Source of the DNA: Myxococcota bacterium
GTDB lineage: Bacteria > Myxococcota_A > UBA9160 > UBA6930
Assembly (NCBI GenBank): GCA_965223705.1
Contig: OZ245015.1
Location: 1,824,001 to 1,888,000 of the forward strand
Direction of reading: 5' to 3'
Length of the DNA: 64,000 bases
Shown: positions 27,841 to 37,284 of the stretch, piece by piece
Numbering within the stretch: position 1 is the stretch's first letter
Layout of the letters: the number at the start of each line of letters is the position of its first letter
Position numbers and translations under genes: made by a program
Notes under the pieces: generated by a model
Seen by the model: only the letters and a program-made list of their open reading frames with translations
Database searches by the model: none
Told to the model about the DNA's origin: nothing

Positions 27841-28983
27841 TCAGACGATGGCGCCGGCCTCGCGCAACGCGTCGAGTTCGTCTCGGCGAAAGCCCCAATT
27901 CAACAGCGCTTCGTCGGTGTGCTCTCCCGGGGCGGGGGCTCCGCGCTGAATGCTCGAGGGGGTTCGGCTGAAGCGCGGCGCTGGGGCCGGCTGCATGAAC
28001 CCGTCGCGTTCGATGAACGTCTCGCGGGCCTTGTTGTGAGGATGCTCGGGCGCTTCAGCCAGTGACAGCACCGGTGCAAAGCAGACCTCCTCGCCTTCCA
28101 TGATCGCGCACCACGCATCGCGCGTACGCGTGCGGAACACCGCCGCGAAGCGCTCGCGCATCTCCGGCCAATGGTCTCGGTCCTCCTGGGCCGGGAGATC
28201 CTCGTGGGCCAGCCCGAGGATCTCGAGGGTCCGCCGGTAGAACTTGGGCTCGTTCGAACCCAGGGAGACGTATTTTCCGTCGGCGGTTTCGTAGACACCG
28301 TAGTAAGGGGAGCCTGAATCGAGGCGGTTCGAACCCCGCTCGTCGCGCCACAGACCGGCGGCATACATGCCGTACGTGAGGTTCATGAGTGAAGCGCTGC
28401 CGTCGACCATCGCGGCGTCGACCACCTGACCCTCACCGCTGCTGCGGCACTCGAGAAGGGCGGCCAACATGCCGAGGGCCAAGTACAGCGCGCCGCCCCC
28501 GAAGTCGCCGGCCAGGTTGAGGGGAGGGACGGGCGGTCCGCCGGGCGAGCCGACCGCGTGCAGCACGCCGGTCAGCGCGATGTAGTTGATGTCGTGGCCC
28601 GGCGCATCGACCAACGGGCCCTGCTGGCCCCAACCGGTCATCCGTCCGTACACGAGTCGAGGGTTCGTCGCTAAGCAGGCGTCGGGACCGACACCGAGCC
28701 GCTCCGCCACGCCGGGCCGAAAGCCTTCGATGAGCCCGTCTGCCTCACGGATGAGCTTCTCGACCGCCGCGATCGCCTCCGGACGTTTGAGATCCATCGC
28801 TACCGAGCGCATGCCCCGATGGAGGAGCATGAACTTCGGATCCATCGGAAGCTCGCTGCCCAACCGCGCAACGCGGTCGATGCGGACAACGTCGGCGCCG
28901 AGATCCGCGAGCAGCGCCCCCGCAAAGGGCCCCGGCCCGATACCGCCCAATTCGAGAATCCTGATTCCGGCGAGGGGCCCCAT
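27841..28983 (-). CDS. CaiB/BaiF family CoA-transferase (alpha-methylacyl-CoA racemase-like)
   Basis: GPLAGIRILELGGIGPGPF, EGFRPGVAERLG, GHDINY, NLAGDFGGG, PAPAPRFSRT. Confidence 0.93.
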   Translation of the reverse strand: MGPLAGIRILELGGIGPGPFAGALLADLGADVVRIDRVARLGSELPMDPKFMLLHRGMRSVAMDLKRPEAIAAVEKLIREADGLIEGFRPGVAERLGVGPDACLATNPRLVYGRMTGWGQQGPLVDAPGHDINYIALTGVLHAVGSPGGPPVPPLNLAGDFGGGALYLALGMLAALLECRSSGEGQVVDAAMVDGSASLMNLTYGMYAAGLWRDERGSNRLDSGSPYYGVYETADGKYVSLGSNEPKFYRRTLEILGLAHEDLPAQEDRDHWPEMRERFAAVFRTRTRDAWCAIMEGEEVCFAPVLSLAEAPEHPHNKARETFIERDGFMQPAPAPRFSRTPSSIQRGAPAPGEHTDEALLNWGFRRDELDALREAGAIV

Positions 28984-29059
28984 CCCGACGATCTCCTCGG
29001 CGCCCGCCTGCCGCGTCGCACGACGCCGGGGTGCCGACGCCAATCTAACCCGCACAGCG

Positions 29060-30490
29060 CTAAAAGTTGTAATCGAACTCGAGACCGAGGAACTGGGACC
29101 AGCGTCCCGAACGGTGACCAAAGGCCGTGCCTGCTCGGAACAAGCTACCCACGATCTCGATCTCCCAATGGGTCCATTCCTCGAGGCCGATCACGAGGTC
29201 CCACCCTTGACCGATGGTTTTCCCGCGGCCATTGGGGGAGATGCGGAGCTCGCTGTCGCGCAGGAAGTCCGCGGCATGATCTTGTCGGTAGTAGTGGTAG
29301 AGGAGCTCGACCGAACTGTCCCGAAAAAGCGGATAGCCCACGCCGACGGTTCCCACGTGAAGGTTGGAAAGTTCGGGTCGAAGTAGCTCCCCGTAAAGTC
29401 GGAACCGATCCACGCCGCGGAAGCGACCATTGTTGTCCTGGAGGCCGGTCTGTCGAAAGGATCGGTCTGTTCCCTCGCCGTCATCGCCGCTTCCGTAAGC
29501 CCAACCGAGCGTCCAGGTCACGCCCCCTTTGCTACCGGGATCGAGGGTGACGCCTCCGTCAACCGCGAAGCCCCGCACGTCGATTTCGTCCACTTCGTCG
29601 AGAATCCGCACACCGGGCGAGCCGGCGATCCGGTCGTAGTCGAACCGCTTCTCGTCGCCCCACACACCGGCGAGGTCGAGCCAGTAGTAGAAGCGCCCGA
29701 ACGGATCGCGTTTGAGCCGCCCACGATTGCGGAGACCGAGCCAGGTGAGCTTGGCATCGATCTCGTCCTCGCGGCTGGTCGAGACCAAGCTCCCCAGCGC
29801 CCCTTCGCTCGATCGGTCGTCATGGCGGAGGAAGAACAGCTCGGTGGTCTTGCGCTCCGCCCAGTCCCAGCGCGCGTAGCCGAGGATCCGTCGCACCTTG
29901 TCTTCCGCGGGGTCGATGCGGTCATCGTGCCCGCGAACCCGCGCGAGCTCCTGGGCCACCGCGAGCTCGATCCGGAAGGGCTCGCTGTTCCAATGAAGCC
30001 GGACCGCGTCGAGATCGGCGTCCCACCAGAACTCCCGCTTGTCCTTGAAGTTCTGGCGCCCCACTTGAAGGGCGAGCGGGGTGTCGAGGATGTCGGCCCA
30101 ATAGAGCCAGGTTTCGCCGCGCTCGACGAACAACCGGTGGTGATCGCTCCCCCCGTCTGGGGCGCGAAAGAGCCAATCCCATCCGACCTTGACCTCGCCG
30201 AAGAGGATGAGATTCGGGTTGACCGGGTAGACGGCCTCGATCTCGAGCTTGTGGCTCGCATCGTATTCTTCGTCTTCCTCGCCGTGCTCGAGCTCGCGAT
30301 CGGCGCGGAAGTCCCAGCTCGATTCGATCTCTCCGCCGATGGTGATTTCCTCGCCGTAGATGCGCACCGTCTGCTGTTTGTCGGGGCGGTTTTCGTCATC
30401 GCGCCGCACGATGTCACGCGGGTTTGCGGCCAGAATGGGTGCCGCTGCAAGTTGAAGGGAGGTCAGGACCAAAGCGAGCAGCGTCTTCAT
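29060..30490 (-). CDS. alginate export family outer-membrane beta-barrel (AlgE-like)
   Basis: Signal peptide; GRQ...D.R..WWD.DLDA, FRQTGLQ.N..RF.G......YGE...PELSNL; C-terminal YNF. Confidence 0.85.
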   Translation of the reverse strand: MKTLLALVLTSLQLAAAPILAANPRDIVRRDDENRPDKQQTVRIYGEEITIGGEIESSWDFRADRELEHGEEDEEYDASHKLEIEAVYPVNPNLILFGEVKVGWDWLFRAPDGGSDHHRLFVERGETWLYWADILDTPLALQVGRQNFKDKREFWWDADLDAVRLHWNSEPFRIELAVAQELARVRGHDDRIDPAEDKVRRILGYARWDWAERKTTELFFLRHDDRSSEGALGSLVSTSREDEIDAKLTWLGLRNRGRLKRDPFGRFYYWLDLAGVWGDEKRFDYDRIAGSPGVRILDEVDEIDVRGFAVDGGVTLDPGSKGGVTWTLGWAYGSGDDGEGTDRSFRQTGLQDNNGRFRGVDRFRLYGELLRPELSNLHVGTVGVGYPLFRDSSVELLYHYYRQDHAADFLRDSELRISPNGRGKTIGQGWDLVIGLEEWTHWEIEIVGSLFRAGTAFGHRSGRWSQFLGLEFDYNF

Positions 30491-32757
30491 GCGTTCTCCC
30501 GGAGCGAGGCGAGCTTTTCATCGCAGAGCTTCAGCAGCTGTGGCGCTACCGACTCCCGCCCCGGAATCCGCTGGGAGATTCCGACGTGGCGCAGCAGCGT
30601 GAGACATTCGTGGAAACGCGCGCGCGACTTCGTTTTCGGGTCGACGCCGTAACCCCTCTCGAATCCTGAGCACACGGAAGCGAAGAGTCCGGGGCTACCG
30701 AATCGCCGCAGCCCCCACTCGATCAGATGGGCGGTGAAGTTTCCGAGATCGATCGCAGGGTCGCCGGCGCGGAATTGGTCGAGATCGAGGAGGATGACGC
30801 GCTCTCCGTCGAGCAGGATCTGGCCGGGATGGAAGTCGCGATGAAGCGTCGCGTGCGGGAGGGAGCCGTAACTCGGAGCCAACACCCACAGCGCATCAAC
30901 CAGCTCGCGCACGCGCTCCGGCGGCAGCTCGCGTCGCCCGTCGGCCAGCGAGAGCTGCGCACGCAACTCATCGAACGTGCTGTCGAGCGTTTGGCAGCGG
31001 TCGCCGCACGTGGCCTCCGCGTGAAAGCGCCGCAGCGCCGCACCGATCCGGCCAGCAGCGCTTTGCGCGCGGCTCGGTTGTCGGCGGTCGAAGAGAATCG
31101 TCTCCGCAGGAAGCCCGGGGACCGCCCGCTGCAGCGTCATGCCGCGCTCCGCCACGACACCGAGAGGCTCCGCGACCCCGATCGTGGGATCCCCGGACCA
31201 GCGCTCCCACAGCTGCCGCTGGAGCGTGTCGGTGCGAAGGTCTGGACCCCGTCGGTGCAACTTGCCGAACACGGCATCGGGTCGACCGTCAGCGTCCTGG
31301 GTGTCGTAGCGGACCACGGCGCGACGACCCATGCGATGTCGGACAACCCGCGCCTTCACGACGCGCGGTTCTTTGTGTCGCGTTGCGAGCGCGCGCTCGA
31401 CGGCTTGCGCTCCGAGATCGTTTCCCGCCGAGAGTGCGGCGTCATGGCTGACACCCCACGGATCGAGTGTTCGACACGGGGCGCACGCGGACCCGCTCTC
31501 GGAGAGTGTGAGAGCGCGCGAAACGCAGGCCGCCACATGGCCCGGCCAATCGGAGTGTCCCCGGCGAAACGCGCGAGTCGCCGTGAGCAGGAGTCCCAAC
31601 GCCGTCCACGCGCGGATTTCCGATGCGCGCGGCACGGACGCCCGGCCGGCGTAACCGGCGAGCAGGTGGGGCAGGACCTCAACCGCGGCCGGAGCCCGAT
31701 TCCCGTTGAGGAGCTGTCCCATCTCGAGATGCGCGGCGAACAGGCCGATGTCTTCCGCTGGGCGCCCGAGGCGCACCTGGTCGAAATCGATGAATCCAAT
31801 TCCTCGAGACGATAGGATCACCTGGCGGTCGTAGAAGTCGCCGTGGATCGGACCCGTTGGGCGACTCGACGCGAGTTGTCCGGCGATCCTCTCCGCGAGT
31901 TCACCCGCCCGCCTCGCCTCGCTCGGCAGAAGCCACGACACGGCGTGCACAGCTGTCGCGAGGCGCTCCTTCAGATCGAGCCCCGGGAGTCGAGTTACGG
32001 CGGGCATCGCGTGAAACTCGGCCAGCGCGTATCCGCATCGTTCGAGCTCACCGACGGAAATTCGGTTCGCGCGCAGGTCATCCGACAGGGGAATGCCCGG
32101 CAGCCACTCGTAACCAAACGCCCGGCGCTTCGGACTCACCCCCAGAAGCCGCGGGAGTCTCAGCACATCGAAGCAACCGTGCGGGCGAAGGGTTCGAACC
32201 GCTGCGTCGTATCCGCCCTCCGTGTAGAGGCGAAGGGTGCCCAAGATGCGGCCGTCGCCCCGGATCCTTCCGACGAACCGACGCTCCGCTTTGTACGCCA
32301 GGAGATCGACGTCGAGGTTGTCCGCTTCGCACCCGGCAAATTCTTTCACCAGTCGAGCACGCCCTTTCGCGTCTGCCAGCCGTCGCAGCGCCCGCACGCG
32401 TCGGTCGTTGGGGAAGAGCGAGAACAACAGCCCGCGCGCGGGGTCTTCGACGCGACCCGGCAGGTCGTCGGAACCGACCGAGACGCGGGTCCTCGCCTTC
32501 GCGAGTCGCAGTCCGGCGCTCTTGTCCCAGGCGCTGGCGTGTACGAGCAGCGAACGATCGCCGACACGAACCCGCCGCTGGACGAGGCACGAAGCCCCCG
32601 GCTTGTAGCGCGTGTAGCGCTCGCCGCAGAAACTCAGGTCGTCGCGCGACCACGCGGCAGCCAGGATCTCCGAGAGGATCTCGTCGTCGAGGAGCAGCGC
32701 CAGGCCGGGGATCTCGCGATCGCGAAGAACCAGCGCTTCGTCACCCCAAGAGAGCAC
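30487..32757 (-). CDS. tandem aminoglycoside-phosphotransferase-like (kinase-fold) protein
   Basis: Two repeats each with HxDF..xQ (HGDFYDRQ, HRDFHPGQ), D(F/L)D and D(I/L)G.F.AHL. Confidence 0.85.
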   Translation of the reverse strand: MLSWGDEALVLRDREIPGLALLLDDEILSEILAAAWSRDDLSFCGERYTRYKPGASCLVQRRVRVGDRSLLVHASAWDKSAGLRLAKARTRVSVGSDDLPGRVEDPARGLLFSLFPNDRRVRALRRLADAKGRARLVKEFAGCEADNLDVDLLAYKAERRFVGRIRGDGRILGTLRLYTEGGYDAAVRTLRPHGCFDVLRLPRLLGVSPKRRAFGYEWLPGIPLSDDLRANRISVGELERCGYALAEFHAMPAVTRLPGLDLKERLATAVHAVSWLLPSEARRAGELAERIAGQLASSRPTGPIHGDFYDRQVILSSRGIGFIDFDQVRLGRPAEDIGLFAAHLEMGQLLNGNRAPAAVEVLPHLLAGYAGRASVPRASEIRAWTALGLLLTATRAFRRGHSDWPGHVAACVSRALTLSESGSACAPCRTLDPWGVSHDAALSAGNDLGAQAVERALATRHKEPRVVKARVVRHRMGRRAVVRYDTQDADGRPDAVFGKLHRRGPDLRTDTLQRQLWERWSGDPTIGVAEPLGVVAERGMTLQRAVPGLPAETILFDRRQPSRAQSAAGRIGAALRRFHAEATCGDRCQTLDSTFDELRAQLSLADGRRELPPERVRELVDALWVLAPSYGSLPHATLHRDFHPGQILLDGERVILLDLDQFRAGDPAIDLGNFTAHLIEWGLRRFGSPGLFASVCSGFERGYGVDPKTKSRARFHECLTLLRHVGISQRIPGRESVAPQLLKLCDEKLASLRENA

Positions 32758-33010
32758 GACGCGTTCCTTCCCGGACTTCCGTCGACTCGCTCGGGCTCTC
32801 GCTGCGAATCGTTCCCTCGGAGATGTTGAGGACCGCGTCGCAACGCTTCGCCTCGTCCGCCCGGTGGGTTACGACCAGGATGGTCTGCGCGCCGCGGAGT
32901 GCCTCAATCGCCCGCCAGATTTCCTCGCGACTGGTCTCGTCGAGCCCGGTGGTCGGTTCGTCGAGCAGAAGGATGGGCACACGTCGAAGCAGCGCCCGCG
33001 CCAGCGACGC
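32741..33010 (-). pseudogene. 3' remnant of an ABC transporter ATP-binding protein
   Basis: SLARALLRRVPILLLDEPTTGLD...ILVVTHR: Walker B and H-loop only; the frame is closed upstream by the LLM gene stop, with no Walker A. Confidence 0.8.
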
Positions 33011-33040
33011 TCCTGTGGCTCCCGGCGCGAGCCTCCCGAA

Positions 33041-34045
33041 CTACCGGAAGCGCGGCATGACTTCCCGCGCGAACCGCTCGAGACTCTCGCTGAAGATCTC
33101 GCCCGGCACACCCGGCGAGGCTCCCCAGGTGATGAGGTCGGTGATCCCGAAGCGCGAAGTAAAGGCCTCGATCTCATCGCCGACCTGCTCTGGCCCGCCG
33201 ACGATGAGGTTCTGCGGGATGGCGTCGTCGCTGGGAGCACTGTGCAGCACTTCCTGATCGCCTGCCTCGCCGAGCCACTTCTCGTAGATGGAGAGGCGAT
33301 AGCGCTCGCCGGCCAAGACCTTTGGCATCACGGAATCCCGATCGTTCGTCACGATGAAGGGACGCAGGATGCCCACGCGATAGTCGGCCACGGAACCGCC
33401 TCGAGCCTCGAGCTCCTCGCGCCAGGGATCGAGCACGACGTGGCGGCGACCCTGGGGCAAGAGATGGGCGCCGAGCCGCGCGGCGCGTCGCGCTCCCGCT
33501 TCGCTCATCGCCGCGATCCAGAGGGGCGGGCCGCCGGGCTGGACAGGGCGCGGACGCACTGCGACATCCTCGAATTGGTAGCGCTTGCCGGCGAAGTCGA
33601 AGCGCTCTTCACTCCAGGCACGTCGCAGGATCTCGAGCCCTTCTTCGGTGAGCGAGACCCGGTTGCGGCGCTCGACGCCGAAGGCGCGAAATTCGTGGTG
33701 GGCGTAACCGAGACCGGCGCCGAGCATCATGCGGCCGTTGCTCAGGTTGTCGAGGACAGCGAGATCCTCCGCCAGCCGGACGGGATGATGGAAGGGCATG
33801 AGCAGCACGTTCGACGAGATCGCCACGCGTTCCGTGGCCGCCGCGACAGCTCCCGCCACCGCGACGAACGACGGCACGTAGCCGTCCTCGACGAAGTGGT
33901 GCTCGGTGATCCATACGCTGTCGTAGCCCCAGCGATCTACCGCGCGGATCTGATCGAGACACTCGCGGTAGATCTCGGGCAGGCTTCGTCCACTGTCCGG
34001 TGGATTGCGAAAGTCGTAAGCGACGCCGAAACGTAAGCCGGGCAT
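33041..34045 (-). CDS. LLM class flavin-dependent oxidoreductase
   Basis: GYDSVWITEHHF, HPVRLAEDLAVLDNLSNGR, PRPVQ..GPP.WI. Confidence 0.93.
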   Translation of the reverse strand: MPGLRFGVAYDFRNPPDSGRSLPEIYRECLDQIRAVDRWGYDSVWITEHHFVEDGYVPSFVAVAGAVAAATERVAISSNVLLMPFHHPVRLAEDLAVLDNLSNGRMMLGAGLGYAHHEFRAFGVERRNRVSLTEEGLEILRRAWSEERFDFAGKRYQFEDVAVRPRPVQPGGPPLWIAAMSEAGARRAARLGAHLLPQGRRHVVLDPWREELEARGGSVADYRVGILRPFIVTNDRDSVMPKVLAGERYRLSIYEKWLGEAGDQEVLHSAPSDDAIPQNLIVGGPEQVGDEIEAFTSRFGITDLITWGASPGVPGEIFSESLERFAREVMPRFR

Positions 34046-34066
34046 GTGCCCTCCTCCGAGCGCTAG

Positions 34067-34753
34067 CTACCAGTCGTGGCGCTCTCCGTTCCACTTCCAG
34101 AACCCGCCGGTGTTGTCGAGCGAGAGCTGATCGCAGACGGCGACGACACCTGCCGCGCTCTCTTGCGGCGTGATGTCGGCGTTCGCACCGCCCATATCCG
34201 TCTTCACCCAACCCGGGTGCACGAGGCCGACGGCCACGCCTTCCTTCTTGAGGTCGAGCGCGGCGAGGCGCATGAATTTGTTCACCGCGGCCTTGCTCGC
34301 GCAGTAGGCGTGCGCGTGAGCGATATCGAGAGAAAGGGCGCCCATCTGACTCGTCACGGTCATGACCTTCCCGGCATTCGCGGCTTTCAGGTTCGCCATG
34401 AGCGCTTGCATGAGACGGACCGGTCCCAGCGTGTTGACGTTGAACGTCTCCGCCCACCCGTCGAAATCCATGCGGAGCGCGGTCTGTTCGGCGAGCTCCG
34501 GCCCGACCATGCCCGCGTTGTTGATGAGAAGATCGATCGGGCGGCCAGCGAGCGAAGCGGCGAGCTGTTCGACCGATTCGTCTTCGCCCACGGCCAGTCG
34601 ATGGATCTCCGTCGGCCCGCCCACCGCGCTGAGGTCAATCGCCTGGTCGGGGTTGCGGCAGCAGGCGAGCACAGTGTCGCCCCGGCCGGCGTAGCGTTTC
34701 GTCAGTTCGAGGCCGACACCTTTGTTGGTGCCGGTGATCAGGACAGTGGCCAT
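34067..34753 (-). CDS. short-chain dehydrogenase (CsgA/C-factor-like SDR)
   Basis: ITGTNKGVG, NNAG, YCASKAA, HPGWVKTDMGG. Confidence 0.92.
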   Translation of the reverse strand: MATVLITGTNKGVGLELTKRYAGRGDTVLACCRNPDQAIDLSAVGGPTEIHRLAVGEDESVEQLAASLAGRPIDLLINNAGMVGPELAEQTALRMDFDGWAETFNVNTLGPVRLMQALMANLKAANAGKVMTVTSQMGALSLDIAHAHAYCASKAAVNKFMRLAALDLKKEGVAVGLVHPGWVKTDMGGANADITPQESAAGVVAVCDQLSLDNTGGFWKWNGERHDW

Positions 34754-34798
34754 GAAGTCTCCGCTCGAGTGAAGGCGGAGCATAGCGGGGGACCGAGG

Positions 34799-35998
34799 TC
34801 AGGCACGCTCCGACTGTCGCGCGGGAAGGGTCACCTCGAAACACGACCCGCCGCCCGCGCGGGGTTCGAACTCGAGTGAGCCTCCGTGCCGCTTCGCGAT
34901 CTCGCGCGCCAGCGCGAGCCCCAGCCCGACGCCTCGATCCGGCTGCGCCGAAGCGGAGGAACGAAAGAAGGGCTCGAAAATCCGCGCTCGGTCCGCCTCG
35001 GGAATGCCCGGCCCTCGGTCGAGAACGCGAAGGACGACGTCGTCCTTCCGCGCCGCCAGCTCCAGTTCTACCCGGTCGCCGGCGTAGCGTCGCGCGTTTT
35101 CGATCAAGTTCCGGACGAGGCGCCGCAATTCGCGCGGGCTGCCCGTCACGGGCGGGACCACACCATCCACTCGAAGCGGGAGTCCTTCGCTTTCACGTTG
35201 CACGAGAGCCGTCAGTTCCACGGGCTCGACTGGGACGTCGACGTCGGCGTCGAGACGCGCGGCGAGGAGCACTTCTTCGATGAGCTCGTCGAGCTCATCG
35301 ATGCTCGATGCGACGTCCGTCTGAAGATCCCGCCGGTCGCTTTCTTCCGCGAGGAGTTCCGCGGCGACGCGCAGTCGCGCAAGCGGCGTACGCAGTTCGT
35401 GGGAGGCGCCGGCCATCACACGTCGTTGCGCGGTCACCAGCGCTTCGATGCGGTCCGCCGAACGGTTCAAGCTCTTGGCGAGCTCGGCGACTTCGTCGCG
35501 GCCCTCGACGGGGACTCGCGCGGAGAGGTCACCACTTCCGAGTTGATCGACGCCATCGCGCAGGCGTTCCAAGCGCCGCGTGATCCGGCGGGAGACAGGA
35601 TACGCACCCGCGGCGATCGCCAACCCGAGCACGAGAAAACCCGCGGCCGGGCTGGGTCGTCGTCCCCGGGGTCCGGGACGTACGCGAAGCCAGCGCCCGT
35701 CCGAAAGTGCGATGCTCGCCGCGGCGGGCGCATGCAGGCGTCGATGGTGGGGCGGGCGAGGCTCTTCGTCGGTTGGGGACACCCGCGCGCGGACCCCGAG
35801 TTCACGGGCGCGTTCTCGGAGACCCTCGACTCCCCCTTGTTCAACGTAAGCGGCGAGCTCGCGAGCCGAACGCTCCAAGCGTTCCGAGGGCGGTTCGTGC
35901 ATCCAGACCGCGCGCCCGACGAGCGCGGCGAGCAGCACGACGACGATGGCGACGCCCACTACCGAGAGATAGATCTGCAGATAGAGGCGGTGCCTCAC
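34799..35998 (-). CDS. sensor histidine kinase (HAMP-HisKA-HATPase)
   Basis: SHELRTPL, NLIENARRY, DRGPGI, GLGL. Confidence 0.95.
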   Translation of the reverse strand: MRHRLYLQIYLSVVGVAIVVVLLAALVGRAVWMHEPPSERLERSARELAAYVEQGGVEGLRERARELGVRARVSPTDEEPRPPHHRRLHAPAAASIALSDGRWLRVRPGPRGRRPSPAAGFLVLGLAIAAGAYPVSRRITRRLERLRDGVDQLGSGDLSARVPVEGRDEVAELAKSLNRSADRIEALVTAQRRVMAGASHELRTPLARLRVAAELLAEESDRRDLQTDVASSIDELDELIEEVLLAARLDADVDVPVEPVELTALVQRESEGLPLRVDGVVPPVTGSPRELRRLVRNLIENARRYAGDRVELELAARKDDVVLRVLDRGPGIPEADRARIFEPFFRSSASAQPDRGVGLGLALAREIAKRHGGSLEFEPRAGGGSCFEVTLPARQSERA

Positions 35999-36690
35999 GT
36001 CGTTTCGGTGCCTTGGGGGGCGAGCTGGTAACCCACGCCGCGGACGGTCAGAACACGCTTCGGGCTTTTCGGGTCGTCTTCGATCGCGGCTCGAATGCGC
36101 GAGATGTGGACATCGATGCTGCGGTCGAAGGGGCCCAGCCGATCGCCGTTCACTTCACGCATCAGGCGATCGCGTGAGACGGGCCGGCCGGCGTTCTCGG
36201 CGAGGACCTGGAGGATTCTGAACTGGTGGTGGGTGAGATCGGCGCGTCGATTCTCGACACGCACCTCGAGGCGTTCGCGGTCGATGCGGAGGGCGCCGAC
36301 TTCGAGCACCGCGCTCGGATTCGTGGTGTCGCGGGTCTGTCGACGCAACACCGCCCGAATTCGCGCGAGGAGTTCACGGGGATTGAAGGGCTTCGGGAGA
36401 TAATCATCGGCGCCGAGCTCGAGCCCCACGATCCGATCCGTTTCGTCGCCGCGTGCCGTCAGCATGATGATGGGGACGTCCGATTCGGCCCGTAGCGTGC
36501 GACACAACTCGAACCCGTCTCCGTCCGGGAGCATGACGTCGAGGAGAATGACGTCGAAGGCTTGACTTCTCGCAAGGGCGAGCGCTTCGTGCACCGTCGG
36601 GCAGGCGCACAACTCGAAGCCCTGGCCTTCGAGGTATTCGACGACCAGGGCAGCGAGTCGTACATCGTCTTCGACGACGAGAATTCGCAC
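35995..36690 (-). CDS. OmpR-family response regulator (CpxR-like)
   Basis: LLDVMLP, LTARG, GADDYLPKPF, DRSIDVHISRIR, TVRGVGY. Confidence 0.95.
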   Translation of the reverse strand: MRILVVEDDVRLAALVVEYLEGQGFELCACPTVHEALALARSQAFDVILLDVMLPDGDGFELCRTLRAESDVPIIMLTARGDETDRIVGLELGADDYLPKPFNPRELLARIRAVLRRQTRDTTNPSAVLEVGALRIDRERLEVRVENRRADLTHHQFRILQVLAENAGRPVSRDRLMREVNGDRLGPFDRSIDVHISRIRAAIEDDPKSPKRVLTVRGVGYQLAPQGTETT

Positions 36691-36693
36691 GCG

Positions 36694-37179
36694 TTAGTGA
36701 CGCCCGAACCGGTGCATGCGCTCCTCCATGAGGTCGGCCAGCTCGATGCGCTGCTCCTGCGTCAGCACCGACCCGACGTCGCCGATGGTCGAAGCGATCC
36801 GCTGGGAAATCGCTTCCATCCGCAGCGCGTGCTCGGCCCGCAGGCTTTCGAGCTGCGCGCGGTCGACTTCTTCGCCGGTCAACGCGACACGGAGCTCCTC
36901 TTGGAGTTCCTTCCGGTCGGGACGCAGCTCGCGAATCTCGCCCATTGCGGTTTCGACGATCGCCTCGATCTCGTCTCGCTGGTCGTCGGTGGCGTCGACC
37001 GCACCCAACATCCGGTCGATCTTCCACAGCACGAACTCCGGCCCGTGTCCGCGGTGACGACCGCCGAAAGCGAGCCCGGGCAGGCTCGAAGCGAGCAGGA
37101 TGGCTGCGGTTGCAACGAGGACGACGCCCCCGGCCGCCGCGGCGCGCCAGCGTCGTTTTCGTGTGGCTTCTTGCGACAT
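36694..37179 (-). CDS. Spy/CpxP family periplasmic protein
   Basis: Signal peptide; ATDDQR and LTQEQR (LTxxQ) motifs. Confidence 0.85.
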   Translation of the reverse strand: MSQEATRKRRWRAAAAGGVVLVATAAILLASSLPGLAFGGRHRGHGPEFVLWKIDRMLGAVDATDDQRDEIEAIVETAMGEIRELRPDRKELQEELRVALTGEEVDRAQLESLRAEHALRMEAISQRIASTIGDVGSVLTQEQRIELADLMEERMHRFGRH

Positions 37180-37260
37180 CTCGGTTCTCCTGTTTCGCCC
37201 GGTGATTTCCGGGTCGATTGGGAGCATCGGGCGGCCGGATTGCTGGCGAATGTCCCCGAT

Positions 37261-37275
37261 GTAAAGAAGTGTAAA
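37261..37275. promoter_or_regulatory. CpxR-type binding box
   Basis: GTAAA-GAAGT-GTAAA, an exact GTAAA-N5-GTAAA repeat about 80 bp upstream of the cpxP-like gene. Confidence 0.7.
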
Positions 37276-37284
37276 GGCCGGCTC

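Noticed and set aside
30487..32757. Aminoglycoside resistance gene
   Set aside because: The tandem kinase architecture and export-cluster context indicate a biosynthetic or modification role; only fold-level similarity to APH.
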